A stretch of 27,562 nt of DNA from Armatimonadota bacterium (GTDB taxonomy: Bacteria; Armatimonadota; Fimbriimonadia; Fimbriimonadales; GBS-DC), in NCBI GenBank assembly GCA_037445735.1, contig JBBIJY010000032.1, positions 1 through 27,562 on the forward strand. The letters are read 5' to 3'. The translations under genes and the position numbers were made by a program. A model generated the notes under the pieces. The model made no database searches and was not told the DNA's origin. It worked only from the letters and a program-made list of their open reading frames with translations. This document shows positions 15,961 to 26,000 of this stretch, one piece after another. Positions within the stretch are counted from its first letter, which is position 1, and every line of letters starts with the position of its first letter.

Positions 15961-17442
15961 ATGCCAACAATTATTATTCCAACAGCGTTAAGGGCGTACA
16001 CGAACCAGCAAGCGAGCCTGCAGGTGGAGGCATCCACCGTCGGTGAGGCGATCGAGAAGCTGACGGAGCGCTATCCGCAGCTGAAGCCACACCTCTTTAA
16101 CGACGAAGGTCGCCTGCGCAGCTTCATCAATCTCTATCGGGGCGATGAGGATGTGCGCTACCTGCAGGGACTGGACACACCGCTCAAGGCGGACGACGAG
16201 CTGACGATCGTGCCATCGGTGGCGGGCGGCGCAGTCGCCGATGCGCCCGCGGAAACAACCTTTCGAAGCATTATCGATGACGCCCGCCTGCGCGACATCA
16301 GCCTCTCACAGGAGGAGGTGCTGCGCTACAGCCGCCACCTGATTATGCCCGAGGTCACGATGGAGGGTCAGAAGCGGCTCAAAGCGGCGCGCGTGCTGCT
16401 GATCGGCACGGGCGGGCTTGGCTCGCCCCTTGCCCTCTATCTCGCCGCTGCAGGCGTTGGCACCATCGGGCTGGTCGACTTCGATGTGGTCGACTATACC
16501 AATCTTCAGCGCCAGATCATCCACTTCACGCCCGATGTGGGGCGCCCGAAACTGCAGTCCGCCATCGAAAAGATTCGCGCCATCAACCCCTTCGTGCAGG
16601 TCGTGCCGTTCGAGACGCGCCTCACCTCCGAGAACGCGCTGGAGATTCTGCGCGATTTCGATGTGATTGTGGACGGCACGGATAACTTCCCGACACGCTA
16701 TCTGGTGAACGACGCCTGCGTGCTGCTGGGCAAACCGAATGTGTACGGGAGCATCTTTCGGTTTGAGGGTCAGGCGTCGGTCTTCTGGGCGCAGCATGGA
16801 CCCTGCTATCGCTGCCTCTATCCGGAGCCGCCACCGCCGGGTCTGGTGCCCAGCTGTGCTGAAGGGGGCGTGCTGGGCGTGCTGCCCGGATTAATCGGGA
16901 CGGTGCAGGCGACGGAGGTCATCAAGCTCATTCTGGGGCAAGGCGAACCGCTGATCGGGCGACTGCTGCTGCTGGACGCGCTGGCGATGCGCTGGCGCGA
17001 ACTGAAACTGCGCAAGGACCCGAACTGCCCCGTGTGCGGTGAGAACCCGACCGTGCGCGAGCTGATCGATTATGTGGAGTTTTGCGGCTTGCGCGGTGTG
17101 GAGACGCCCACCCATACGCAGGAATTACCCAGCATCACACCGCGTGAACTCCGGGAGCGGCTCGATCGGGGCGAGCGCCTGATCATCCTGGATGTGCGCG
17201 AGCCGTACGAGCTGGAGATCAGCCGCCTGCCCGGCGCGATTCATATCCCGATGGGGCAGGTCGCCGAGCGCGTGCATGAGCTGAACCCCGCCGATGAGAT
17301 TGTGGTGATGTGCCGATCGGGTGGGCGCAGCGCCCAGATCACACGCCTGCTCCTGACGATGGGCTTCGGGCGCGTCAAAAACCTTGAAGGTGGTATCAAC
17401 GCCTACGCGCAGGAGGTGGACCCCAGCCTGCCCGTGTATTGA
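15961..17442 (+). CDS. moeB: MoaD/ThiS ubiquitin-like + MoeB/ThiF E1-like adenylyltransferase + rhodanese fusion
   Basis: The Ubl domain ends in SVAGG at aa 90. E1 motifs RYSRH, GTGGLG, NLQRQ, DGTDNF, CYRC, PSCAEGG and CPVC; rhodanese loop CRSGGRS. Confidence 0.92.
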   Translation: MPTIIIPTALRAYTNQQASLQVEASTVGEAIEKLTERYPQLKPHLFNDEGRLRSFINLYRGDEDVRYLQGLDTPLKADDELTIVPSVAGGAVADAPAETTFRSIIDDARLRDISLSQEEVLRYSRHLIMPEVTMEGQKRLKAARVLLIGTGGLGSPLALYLAAAGVGTIGLVDFDVVDYTNLQRQIIHFTPDVGRPKLQSAIEKIRAINPFVQVVPFETRLTSENALEILRDFDVIVDGTDNFPTRYLVNDACVLLGKPNVYGSIFRFEGQASVFWAQHGPCYRCLYPEPPPPGLVPSCAEGGVLGVLPGLIGTVQATEVIKLILGQGEPLIGRLLLLDALAMRWRELKLRKDPNCPVCGENPTVRELIDYVEFCGLRGVETPTHTQELPSITPRELRERLDRGERLIILDVREPYELEISRLPGAIHIPMGQVAERVHELNPADEIVVMCRSGGRSAQITRLLLTMGFGRVKNLEGGINAYAQEVDPSLPVY

Positions 17443-19363
17443 GCCAGTGGGCAAGCGCGAGCAGAATAAATCCCAGCGCCACACCCAGCAAAGCGCCCCA
17501 GCCCACCCGCGCCAGACTCACCACCAGCGGCGAGTGCAGATGACAGAAGGTGTTCACCACCGACACCTGCCCGACGGCGGCGAGCAACATCATCAGGGGC
17601 AGCCACGCATAGGCACGGCGCATAAGCAACGCAATCGCAATCACCAGCGCAGGATGCCCCACCAGAAACTCCTTCGTGCGCGGGCGCACATTCATAATGC
17701 TCTCTAACAGCGCACGGAAGCGCAGCTCAATATCGGAGACTGCGCCAGGCGCCTCGTTGCCCGTGCGCACGAGCATCAGCACCAGCGCGAGCAGCACCAC
17801 CAGCGCAATCCCCGCCTGCCACCAGAAAACGGGCTGATAGAGCCAGCGCCGCCAGAAGTCCCAGCGACCAGTCGCATACGCCGCATAGAACGCGCCCACC
17901 AGCAGCAGCGGCAACACATGCGCGACCTTGATCCCAACAAACTGATCCGCCTTGACCAGAAACGCTGTGCCAGCAAGCAGCCCGACGATATGCAACGCGC
18001 CCATCAGACTCCAGCCGAAGGGAAATATCAACAGGTTCGCCCACTGCAACACGCTTCCCACTCCCCACCGGGGAGAATCCCATTCGCCACCCTCTCCCCG
18101 CTGGGGAGAGGTCCCTCCGCTTCCCTCTCCCCGCTGGGGAGAGGGTACGGGTGAGGGGTAAGCCGGCAATAGCATCAGCCCTACGGTGGGGAACAGAATC
18201 GCCGCCAGCAGCGCGGCGAGCTTCCTGCCCTCGGGCAGCAGGCACAGCAGCCCCAGCCCAAGCCCCATCAGTGCGGGCAGCCAGCCAATCGCAGTCGTTG
18301 TTCCCTGGTCGGGGCTACCGCCCGCCCACAGCTGATAGAGAACCCAGCCCGTGAGGATGCCCACACCCAATCCAATGAAGGGGAACAGCCACAGTGGTGG
18401 CTCCAGCGGCTGGAACGGGCGCGCGCCGTTCGCCTGCACCACGAGACCCGACCGTTGCAGCGCACGAACCAGCGCCTGCAGGAACGCCTGCAGGCGGGGT
18501 GTGTCCCCCGCGCCCCAGCGGAGATACAGCACACGAATGTTGCGCTCCTGCGCCGCCCGCTCGAACCGCTCCACCAGCTCCTCGGGCGTCATCTGAACCG
18601 CTTCCGACGCGCTGATGCTATGCACGCGCACCGTGCGCTCCGGGATGAGCGCGCCCAATTTGCTATCGCCCGCCTGCTTGCCAAACTCAACAGCGCCGTA
18701 GCGCATGCCAAAGGTGCGAATGGCGGCTGCCATCGCATCGATGGCGTGGCGGTAGCCCAGCACCTGCTCGCCTGCGAAGATCAGCAGCGTCGCGCCCTGC
18801 TGGTGAGTCTGTTGCAGCGTGCCACGAATAATGAACTCATTCACACCGGGCAGGTTATAGAGCCGCGCCACGGGTCGCGCACCGCCCGCCTGCACCTCGC
18901 GCAGCTGCCACGGATTCAGCCCCAACCCCAGTTGCGCCACCCAGTCGGGATCGCCCACCACCGCGAACCGCCCACCATCGGTGGATTGAACGGTGGTGTA
19001 GGGCAGTTGCGCAGGAGGTTTGAGTTCCACGCGGGTTTTGAGCGCGAGCGCCGCCTTTGCCTGACGATACCGCTCCGCATCCAGCAGATAGATCGGACCC
19101 GTGCTGGCGACCGAACGCATGCCCCATTCCTGCAATGTGCCCTCCGTGAGCGCAACCGAGAGCGGCACAGGCAACGCTCGCAACCACTCGGCGACTGTTT
19201 TGCCCTCCGCTGCCGCCAGTGCCGCCACCTCCGGGTACTCCATCACCAGCTCCACCGAGCGATTGCGCCCCTCCACGCGCAATCGCTCCAGCGCAATCCG
19301 CCCTGCCGCCAGCGACGACAGCAGCAGACCAGCAATCAGCAGATATCGATTTGCACGCTCCAT
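17396..19363 (-). CDS. DUF5693-like integral membrane protein
   Basis: N-terminal TM, RAAQERNIRVLY, RTGN, VRPRTKEFLVGHP and VNTFCHLHSP, with a multi-TM C-terminal half. Confidence 0.82.
   Translation of the reverse strand: MERANRYLLIAGLLLSSLAAGRIALERLRVEGRNRSVELVMEYPEVAALAAAEGKTVAEWLRALPVPLSVALTEGTLQEWGMRSVASTGPIYLLDAERYRQAKAALALKTRVELKPPAQLPYTTVQSTDGGRFAVVGDPDWVAQLGLGLNPWQLREVQAGGARPVARLYNLPGVNEFIIRGTLQQTHQQGATLLIFAGEQVLGYRHAIDAMAAAIRTFGMRYGAVEFGKQAGDSKLGALIPERTVRVHSISASEAVQMTPEELVERFERAAQERNIRVLYLRWGAGDTPRLQAFLQALVRALQRSGLVVQANGARPFQPLEPPLWLFPFIGLGVGILTGWVLYQLWAGGSPDQGTTTAIGWLPALMGLGLGLLCLLPEGRKLAALLAAILFPTVGLMLLPAYPSPVPSPQRGEGSGGTSPQRGEGGEWDSPRWGVGSVLQWANLLIFPFGWSLMGALHIVGLLAGTAFLVKADQFVGIKVAHVLPLLLVGAFYAAYATGRWDFWRRWLYQPVFWWQAGIALVVLLALVLMLVRTGNEAPGAVSDIELRFRALLESIMNVRPRTKEFLVGHPALVIAIALLMRRAYAWLPLMMLLAAVGQVSVVNTFCHLHSPLVVSLARVGWGALLGVALGFILLALAHWLNTRAGWGPPPARRR
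18061..18157. repeat. Three REP-like palindromes inside the DUF5693-like ORF
   Basis: Hairpins at 18061-18075, 18091-18111 and 18123-18145, plus a GGGTGAGGG tail. Same family as 3946-4035. Confidence 0.88.
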
Positions 19364-19369
19364 GTGCCG

Positions 19370-20164
19370 TTAGAAGTCATACGAGAAGTAGAGAGCAATC
19401 CCTTTCTCGCGTGCGTACTCATCCACGCCGCGGCTGGTAATCATGTGCGTAACCAGCACGGGAAATATCCGATCGTAGATGCGCTGCAGGGGTTTCAGCT
19501 TGCGCCGAATGAAGCGGTCGATATCCTGTTTGGAGAGCTGCACTTTGCTTTCACCGACGATAGTCAGCACCTCACCGTCGCGCTGTGCCTCACCCAGTAT
19601 GTTGACCTCGTATTCGTTGCCCTCCATATCGACGGCATAGTCGCGCTTCAGCCTGCCAATCACCTTCAGCCCGTAATCGCGCTCCAGCAGGGCAGGCAGG
19701 GCTTTGTACGCCTCATTCTCCAGCGTAAACCCAACCGTGATGGATAGTCCACCCACCTGCTTTTCTAATCGATCGAGGCGTTCCGTGCTGCGCCGCGCTT
19801 CCTTCACCAGCTGCGCAATCGCCTCGGTATTCCGCTGGGTCTGTTCCGAAAGCGCAGCAATTGCTTCTGTATTGCGCTGGGTCTGCTCCGCCAGCTGCGC
19901 AATCGCCTCCGTATTGCGCTGGGTCTGCTCCGCCAGCTGCGCAATCGCCTCTGTATTCCGCTGGGTCTGCGATTCCAGCGCTTCAAAGCGTTCAATCATG
20001 CGCCGTTCGAAGTCGCGCAGTTGCTGGCTGAGCGCGTCAATATGCACCAGCAGTTGTCGCTCATACAGCGACTGCACCATCTCGTAAATCGCCAGCGCGA
20101 GCTTTTCCGCCTGCGCCGGCTCAAACGACCCCGATAACCGTTGCACCAGCTGCTGGATATCCAT
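19370..20164 (-). CDS. Coiled-coil repeat protein with a C-terminal PD-(D/E)XK-like domain
   Basis: Four 14-aa repeats followed by LENE..EVNILG..VGESK. Confidence 0.8.
   Translation of the reverse strand: MDIQQLVQRLSGSFEPAQAEKLALAIYEMVQSLYERQLLVHIDALSQQLRDFERRMIERFEALESQTQRNTEAIAQLAEQTQRNTEAIAQLAEQTQRNTEAIAALSEQTQRNTEAIAQLVKEARRSTERLDRLEKQVGGLSITVGFTLENEAYKALPALLERDYGLKVIGRLKRDYAVDMEGNEYEVNILGEAQRDGEVLTIVGESKVQLSKQDIDRFIRRKLKPLQRIYDRIFPVLVTHMITSRGVDEYAREKGIALYFSYDF
19808..19975 (-). repeat. 42-bp tandem repeat, 4 copies (AEQTQRNTEAIAQL)
   Basis: Units start at 19808, 19850, 19892 and 19934, with mostly third-position differences. Confidence 0.93.
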
Positions 20165-20191
20165 CGGCTCACAACAAGTATACCTGAGTGA

Positions 20192-21082
20192 TTATTTCGT
20201 ACGCGGGCGTGCCGTACGGGAACGAGCGGGGCGCCGGGCAGGTTGCGCAGGGGCTGGCTCCGGATGGTAGGGAACAGGCACATAGTCCACGCCCGCTGCT
20301 CGCTGAATCGGTTGCGGATAGAGCGACATCAGCTGATACACTTCGACGGGCAAATCGGTGCGCACATTCAGCCCCAGCTGGGCAGCCTCCTCAGCGGAGA
20401 TGGCATAGTCGTGCGTATAATACCCCTGCGTGAGCTTATCGGCGACCTCCGCTGCCTGGGTCTCTGCCATCCCGTTGCTTTGCAGAACCCTGCACACCAG
20501 CTCATAGGTCTGCCGGAGCGCCTTGCGCGACACATCCGCCAGAATCAGCGTCTGGTCATCGATTTCGTTTGCGTTTTTTTGCTCCAGCACTTTCAGGATG
20601 GAGGCGGCGGGAAACTGACCCACCTGTGGGTCAACGGGTCCCAGCACGGCGTGCGGATCCATCACGATTTCGTCGGCAGCCAGCGCGATCAGCGTGCCGC
20701 CCGACATCGCATAGTGGGGCACGAACGCCGTGACCTTCGCTGGATGATCACACAGGGCGCACGCTATCTGCTGGCTTGCCAGCACCAGCCCACCCGGCGT
20801 GTGCAAAATGATGTCGATGGGCATATCGGGTGGGGTCATGCGAATCGCGCGCAGCACCTCCTCCGAATCCTCCATCGTGATGAACCGAAAGACGGGGACA
20901 CCAAAGAACGAGAGGGCTTCCTGACGATGGATCAGCACAATCACGCGGCTACCCCGTAGCTTTTCAAGGCGTCGTATCATCTGCATCCGTGCCGCCTCCA
21001 GCATCCGCTGGCGAATCATCGGCATCAACGCCAGAAAGATGAACACGAACCAGAACAGCTGCGAGATGAGCGACTCCATCAT
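20192..21082 (-). CDS. SDH-family (ClpP/S49-like) membrane-anchored serine protease
   Basis: N-terminal TM, IHRQE, LHTPGG, AMSGGT (Ser), LGPVDPQ (Asp) and THDY (His). Confidence 0.9.
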   Translation of the reverse strand: MMESLISQLFWFVFIFLALMPMIRQRMLEAARMQMIRRLEKLRGSRVIVLIHRQEALSFFGVPVFRFITMEDSEEVLRAIRMTPPDMPIDIILHTPGGLVLASQQIACALCDHPAKVTAFVPHYAMSGGTLIALAADEIVMDPHAVLGPVDPQVGQFPAASILKVLEQKNANEIDDQTLILADVSRKALRQTYELVCRVLQSNGMAETQAAEVADKLTQGYYTHDYAISAEEAAQLGLNVRTDLPVEVYQLMSLYPQPIQRAAGVDYVPVPYHPEPAPAQPARRPARSRTARPRTK

Positions 21083-21090
21083 GCATGGCG

Positions 21091-21118
21091 ATTATACCCC
21101 GCCGTGATTCGGTATGCT
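21091..21118. promoter_or_regulatory. Back-to-back divergent -10 elements for the protease and uvrC
   Basis: GGTATAAT (minus, 21091-21098) and GGTATGCT (plus, 21111-21118), each 8 nt from an ATG with no SD. Confidence 0.7.
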
Positions 21119-21126
21119 TAAAGCCG

Positions 21127-22956
21127 ATGAGCGCCGATCTGCATGCGCGGCTGAAAACCCTTCCCAAACAACCAGGTTGCTATCTGTTCAAAGACGCGCA
21201 GGGGGCTGTGATCTATGTGGGCAAAGCGGTCAACCTGCGCCAGCGGGTGCGCTCCTACTTCCAGCAATCAGCCCAGCACACGCCCAAAACGGCTCGCATG
21301 GTGCGCAAAATCGCCGATATCGAATGGATTGTCACCGACAGCGAGCTGGAGGCGCTCATTCTGGAGTGCAACCTCATCAAGCGGTATCGCCCGCCCTACA
21401 ATGTGCTGATGCGGGACGATAAGTCGTATCCGTACCTGTGCCTGACCACTGCCGAGAAGTTCCCGCGCCTGCTGGTGACGCGCCGCGTGCGCAAAGATGG
21501 CAACCGCTACTTCGGACCCTTCGCGAACTCCAGCGCGGTCTGGAGTACGCACCAGCTGTTGCATCGCACTTTTCCGCTCATCCCGTGCGGCAAGGTGTGG
21601 TCGGGCGAGCCTGTGCAGCGACCCTGCCTTTACTATCATATGGGACGCTGCATGGCGCCCTGCGCGGGGCTGGCGAACCCCGACGAGTACCGCAAAATCG
21701 TTCAGCAGGTGGAGCTGTTTCTGCAGGGCAAGGGCGACACGCTCATCCGCGAGCTGACCGCGCAGATGGAAGCCGCCGCCGAAGCCTTAGAGTTCGAACG
21801 CGCCGCCCGAATTCGCGACCAGATTCGCGCCCTGCAGGAGGTGCTGCAACGCCAGAAGGTCATCCACACCGATGGCATCGATGAGGATGTGATTGCGCTG
21901 GTCAAGGATGAACGGGGCGCATGCGTGCAGATGTTCTTCATTCGAGGCGGCAAACTGCTGGGTCAGCGGCACTTCTTCCTGAGCGAAGGCGCCGAGGAGA
22001 ACCCGCGCGCGATTATGAGCGAGTTCCTCAAGCAATACTATCAGGACGCGCCCGAAGTGCCCGAGCGTATCCTGCTCCCGTACGAGGTGGACGAGGCGCA
22101 GATTATCGCCCAGTGGCTGCGTCAGAAGCGGGGCGACGGCGCAGTGGAGATTCGAGTGCCCCACCGCGGCGAGGACGCCCAGCTGCTGGAGCTGGCTGCC
22201 CAGAACGCCGAGCTTGCCCTGCAGAGCCTGCGTGCCGAACTGGAGCAGAAAGCCGAATGGCTCGAAAGCGCACTGCTCGAACTGCAGGAAGCGCTGAACC
22301 TGCCCCATGTGCCCCAGCGCATCGAAGCGTACGACATCTCCAACATTCAGGGTGTGGCGCCCGTCGGCAGCATGGTGGTGTTCGAGGGCGGTCAGCCGAA
22401 AAAGTCGGACTATCGGCGGTTCCGCATCCGGTGGCATCCCGAAACGCCCGACGACTTCGCCATGATGCGCGAGGTGCTCACGCGCCGCCTGCGTGAGGCG
22501 CTGGAGGGCGACGACCGCTGGCGCACGCTGCCCGACCTGATGCTCATCGATGGCGGGCGCGGTCAGCTCAACGCCGCCCTCGAAGCCATCCGCACGCTGG
22601 GCTTCGAAATCCCCGCCGTCGGGCTGGCAAAAAAGCATGAGCTGGTTATCCTGCCCGACCGTGAAGAGCCGCTGGAGCTGCCCCGCCACAGCAAGGCGCT
22701 GCACCTGCTCCAGCGCGTTCGCGATGAAGCGCACCGCTTCGCGCTCAGCTACCATCGCAAGCTGCGCGCGGAGCGCGCCGTACGCTCTCCCTTAGATGAG
22801 ATTCCGGGCATCGGGCCCCGCCGCAAGAAGATGCTCCTGCGCCTGTTCGGCTCCATCGACCGCATCCGCGAGGCGAGCGTCGACGAGCTGGCAGCGGTGC
22901 CCACCATGACACGCAAACTGGCGCAACAGGTGCTGGACTACCTGCGCAGCGAATGA
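21127..22956 (+). CDS. uvrC: Excinuclease ABC subunit C
   Basis: GIY-YIG domain (PGCY..IYVGKAVNLRQRV), Cys cluster, FERAARIRD, RIEAYDISN, IDGGRGQL, RDEAHRFA and HhH (IPGIGP). The start at 21127 is preferred. Confidence 0.97.
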   Translation: MSADLHARLKTLPKQPGCYLFKDAQGAVIYVGKAVNLRQRVRSYFQQSAQHTPKTARMVRKIADIEWIVTDSELEALILECNLIKRYRPPYNVLMRDDKSYPYLCLTTAEKFPRLLVTRRVRKDGNRYFGPFANSSAVWSTHQLLHRTFPLIPCGKVWSGEPVQRPCLYYHMGRCMAPCAGLANPDEYRKIVQQVELFLQGKGDTLIRELTAQMEAAAEALEFERAARIRDQIRALQEVLQRQKVIHTDGIDEDVIALVKDERGACVQMFFIRGGKLLGQRHFFLSEGAEENPRAIMSEFLKQYYQDAPEVPERILLPYEVDEAQIIAQWLRQKRGDGAVEIRVPHRGEDAQLLELAAQNAELALQSLRAELEQKAEWLESALLELQEALNLPHVPQRIEAYDISNIQGVAPVGSMVVFEGGQPKKSDYRRFRIRWHPETPDDFAMMREVLTRRLREALEGDDRWRTLPDLMLIDGGRGQLNAALEAIRTLGFEIPAVGLAKKHELVILPDREEPLELPRHSKALHLLQRVRDEAHRFALSYHRKLRAERAVRSPLDEIPGIGPRRKKMLLRLFGSIDRIREASVDELAAVPTMTRKLAQQVLDYLRSE

Positions 22957-23062
22957 GAAGCGCGGCTGAGATCAACGACTGCACCTGCACCAGCCCTCAC
23001 CCTGTCAGCCAGTGGGCACAATAGAAACCCCTTCGAGAGCGATTCGTCTAAGGGTTGGAACG

Positions 23063-26000
23063 ATGAGGGACTGGATGTGGCGGGCAACGGCTGGCGGGAT
23101 CGGGGCGCTGCTGCTTATCGCAGCCGTGAACGCCCAGCTCTATCACAATATTGTGAACCGCCCCTTTGAGACGGTCAGCAACGGTCCGCAGAATGTGATT
23201 GTGGTCGATATCGACCGCGCGGGTCGTTCACCCGATGCAATTGAGCGACTGGTTCGGGAGCGGGTGGCGCAGGTGAGCCGTGCGCAGATAGCGGGCGCGC
23301 GCCCGCTGATTCGCCTCTACAAGCGCATGGGGCTGCTACCGCCCGACTATCGGGTCCCCATCTTTCACACGGTGGTGCTGCGGCGGAATGGGCAACTGCT
23401 GCTGCCCCATCGCACGCGCGATGGCGGACTGGGCAACGGCACGCTCACCATCCAGATTCAGGATGGCGATAACCCCTTCCCCGCCCAGTATAAAGCCCTG
23501 CTGCAGACTGTGGCGAGTCGGGTGCTGACCCTTGTGGAAGCCGAATACGGCAAAGCCGCCCGCACGCTCACCATCACCGTCGTCAACTACGATGACCAGA
23601 TTGGCGACCGCGACGCGGTGGTGGGCGGGGTCTACGATGTGAGCAACAGCCGATTTTTATTTGCCATCTATAACGCGCCCGAAGCGGCGGCGGTGAGCCT
23701 GCTCTACCTGATTGTGCGAGCGTTCCATGCCGATGCGGGCTTCGCCTATGACGCCTGGGAGGAGGGCTTCGCCCGCGCCGTAACGGCGCGGATCGCCCGC
23801 AGCAGCGCGTTTCGCCAGATCGCAGGGCTGAACCCCGCCACCATCGACCTGATGCTGGATCAGAACTTCGATGTGCGCCCCTATTATGATGCGTGGAACC
23901 AGCCCGTGCTGGGCAGTCCGGGCTTCATCGCACCGTCGCTGCGTCAGGCGCCGATTGCGCCCGGCACCACCGGCGGGCTGTGGCTGGTGCGCTATCAGAT
24001 GGCAGGTTCCGCATGGCTCAAGCTCGCGACGGAGTACCCCAGCTTCTTCCGCGAGTTCAACACCCGCTACTACGCTCAATACACGCCCGACCTGCGGGGC
24101 AACATTCCGAACCTGCTCGCAATTGCTCGCCAGACGCTCAGTGCCCTCAGCGGCTCGGGCAATCCGACAGTGGAAGGCGTGCCGTTCGACCAGTGGTATC
24201 GCCAGCAATATATTCTGGATACCAGCCTGACCTACGGGCGCAAACTGCACGCCCAGATGTTCCCCTACATCGCCAGCATCCAGCCCGACGAGCAGGCGGT
24301 CTTTACCGTGTTTTTGACCTATTTTCAGACGGTACGCACAGCGGGCGGCTGGGACGAGGCGATGCTCAACGGAACCAGCTACCCCATCTACTGGGATTTC
24401 AGCTACAATCGGCTGACGCTCTCGCCGCAATATGAGCGGGTCGACATCCGCGTGGGCACAGGGGCGGTCGTGCCGAGCTTTATCGGCAGCGAGGTCGCCC
24501 ATCAACGACTGACGGTCGATTTCAGCGTCGGCACGGAGAACGCGCGCGTCGTCTACCCCAGCAGTAAGGTGCAGGGCACGAACTTCCGCAACAACTTCTT
24601 CGGCGTGGTGTATGGGCTGGACAACGGCAGGGTGCGCATCGATCTGGGCGTGGAGCAGAAGGAGGCGGAGATAACAAAGGGCGCGTTCGGCGTCGCCTTC
24701 AGCGAATCGGCGCTCCGCCGCGAGCGCATCGCCCGACTCACCTTCTTCGACGCGCAGAGCGTGGAGGTGGGGACAGTACAGGTCAACACAGGGATCGGCT
24801 TCCAATTTGTGATGGTGCGCTTACAGACGGCTGCTGATACCTTCCCGCTGAGCCTGCCCGCAGGGCTGAACATGATAAGCCTGCCGTTGCGCCCCTACGA
24901 GAGCGACTTCGCGAAGCTGCTGAACATCCCTGCGAACCAGCTGCGTCTGGCGCACTGGCGTCAGGAGCGGTTCAACTATGTGTACTATCCAGAAACGCCG
25001 CCGCCAGCGCCCGGCGTGGGCTACTTCCTCTATCTTGCCAGCCCGCTGACTGTCTCCATACAGGGCGAGCCTGCGCCGACCGACCGCGAGTTCGCCATCG
25101 CGCTCCAGCCAGGCTGGAACCTGATCGGGCATCCGTTCCGGGAGTCGGTCGATCTGCGCTCGGTGCGTGTGGTGCATCAGTTCAGCGAGCCAGTGGTGTG
25201 GGAGACGGCGACCGAGTCGATAGGGGGCGAGCCGCCGCTGGTGGGCGATAAGGTGTGGACGCTGGGCACGGCAGGCTATATCTCAGCGACGCTGCTGGAG
25301 CCGGGCAAGGCGTACTGGGTGCGCGTGTTGCGCCCGGAGGGCGTGACGCTGTTGATCCCGCCGCCCACTCGCTCGCGAGCGGCGTCCAGTCGCGCACCGG
25401 AGCGCCCCGCATGGGCGATGGAGCTGGCGTTGCAGTCGCGCGCGGGCGGCGGCGTCGTGACGCTGGGGCTGGACACCCCTCCACGCACGCGCAGCCGCTG
25501 GGCAAAAGCCGAAGCGCCGCCAGCCCTGCCAGGCATGACCGCGTTCGCCATTCTGGGCGAGAACCAGCAGCAGCTGCTGCAGGATACGCGCACGCTGGGA
25601 ACGCGCCAGCAGTGGAGCCTGCAGGTCGTGCCCGCTGAGCCGAACAGCGAACACACGCTCACCTGGCGCATCCCGCCCGCGCGACGCCGCTGGCGCATCG
25701 TGCTGGAGAACCCCGTCACGGGCGAGCGGGTCGATATGCGCCGCCAGAGCGCGTACCGCTTCACGCCCGGTGGGGCGCAGGTACTGCGCATCACGCTGGA
25801 GCCAGAGAGCCATCTGCCGCCGCGCATCGTGGGCGTGCAGGTATCCGCCACACGCGGCAGCGCCGTCACCATCCGCTATCAGCTGACCGCCGATGCCACC
25901 GTGCGGGCTGAGGTCCGCTCGATGCGGGGCGAGACGCTGCGCGTGCTTCAGCCCTCACGCGCGGCAGGCGCAGGCGTGCAGAGCCTCACCTGGAACGGGC

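Noticed and set aside
19808-19975. Possible CRISPR array
   Set aside because: The repeats are contiguous with no spacers, vary mostly at codon third positions and are protein-coding. No cas genes are present.
22994-23002. Isolated CCCTCACCC resembling the tail of the palindromic repeat
   Set aside because: No accompanying hairpin, and too short to exclude chance.
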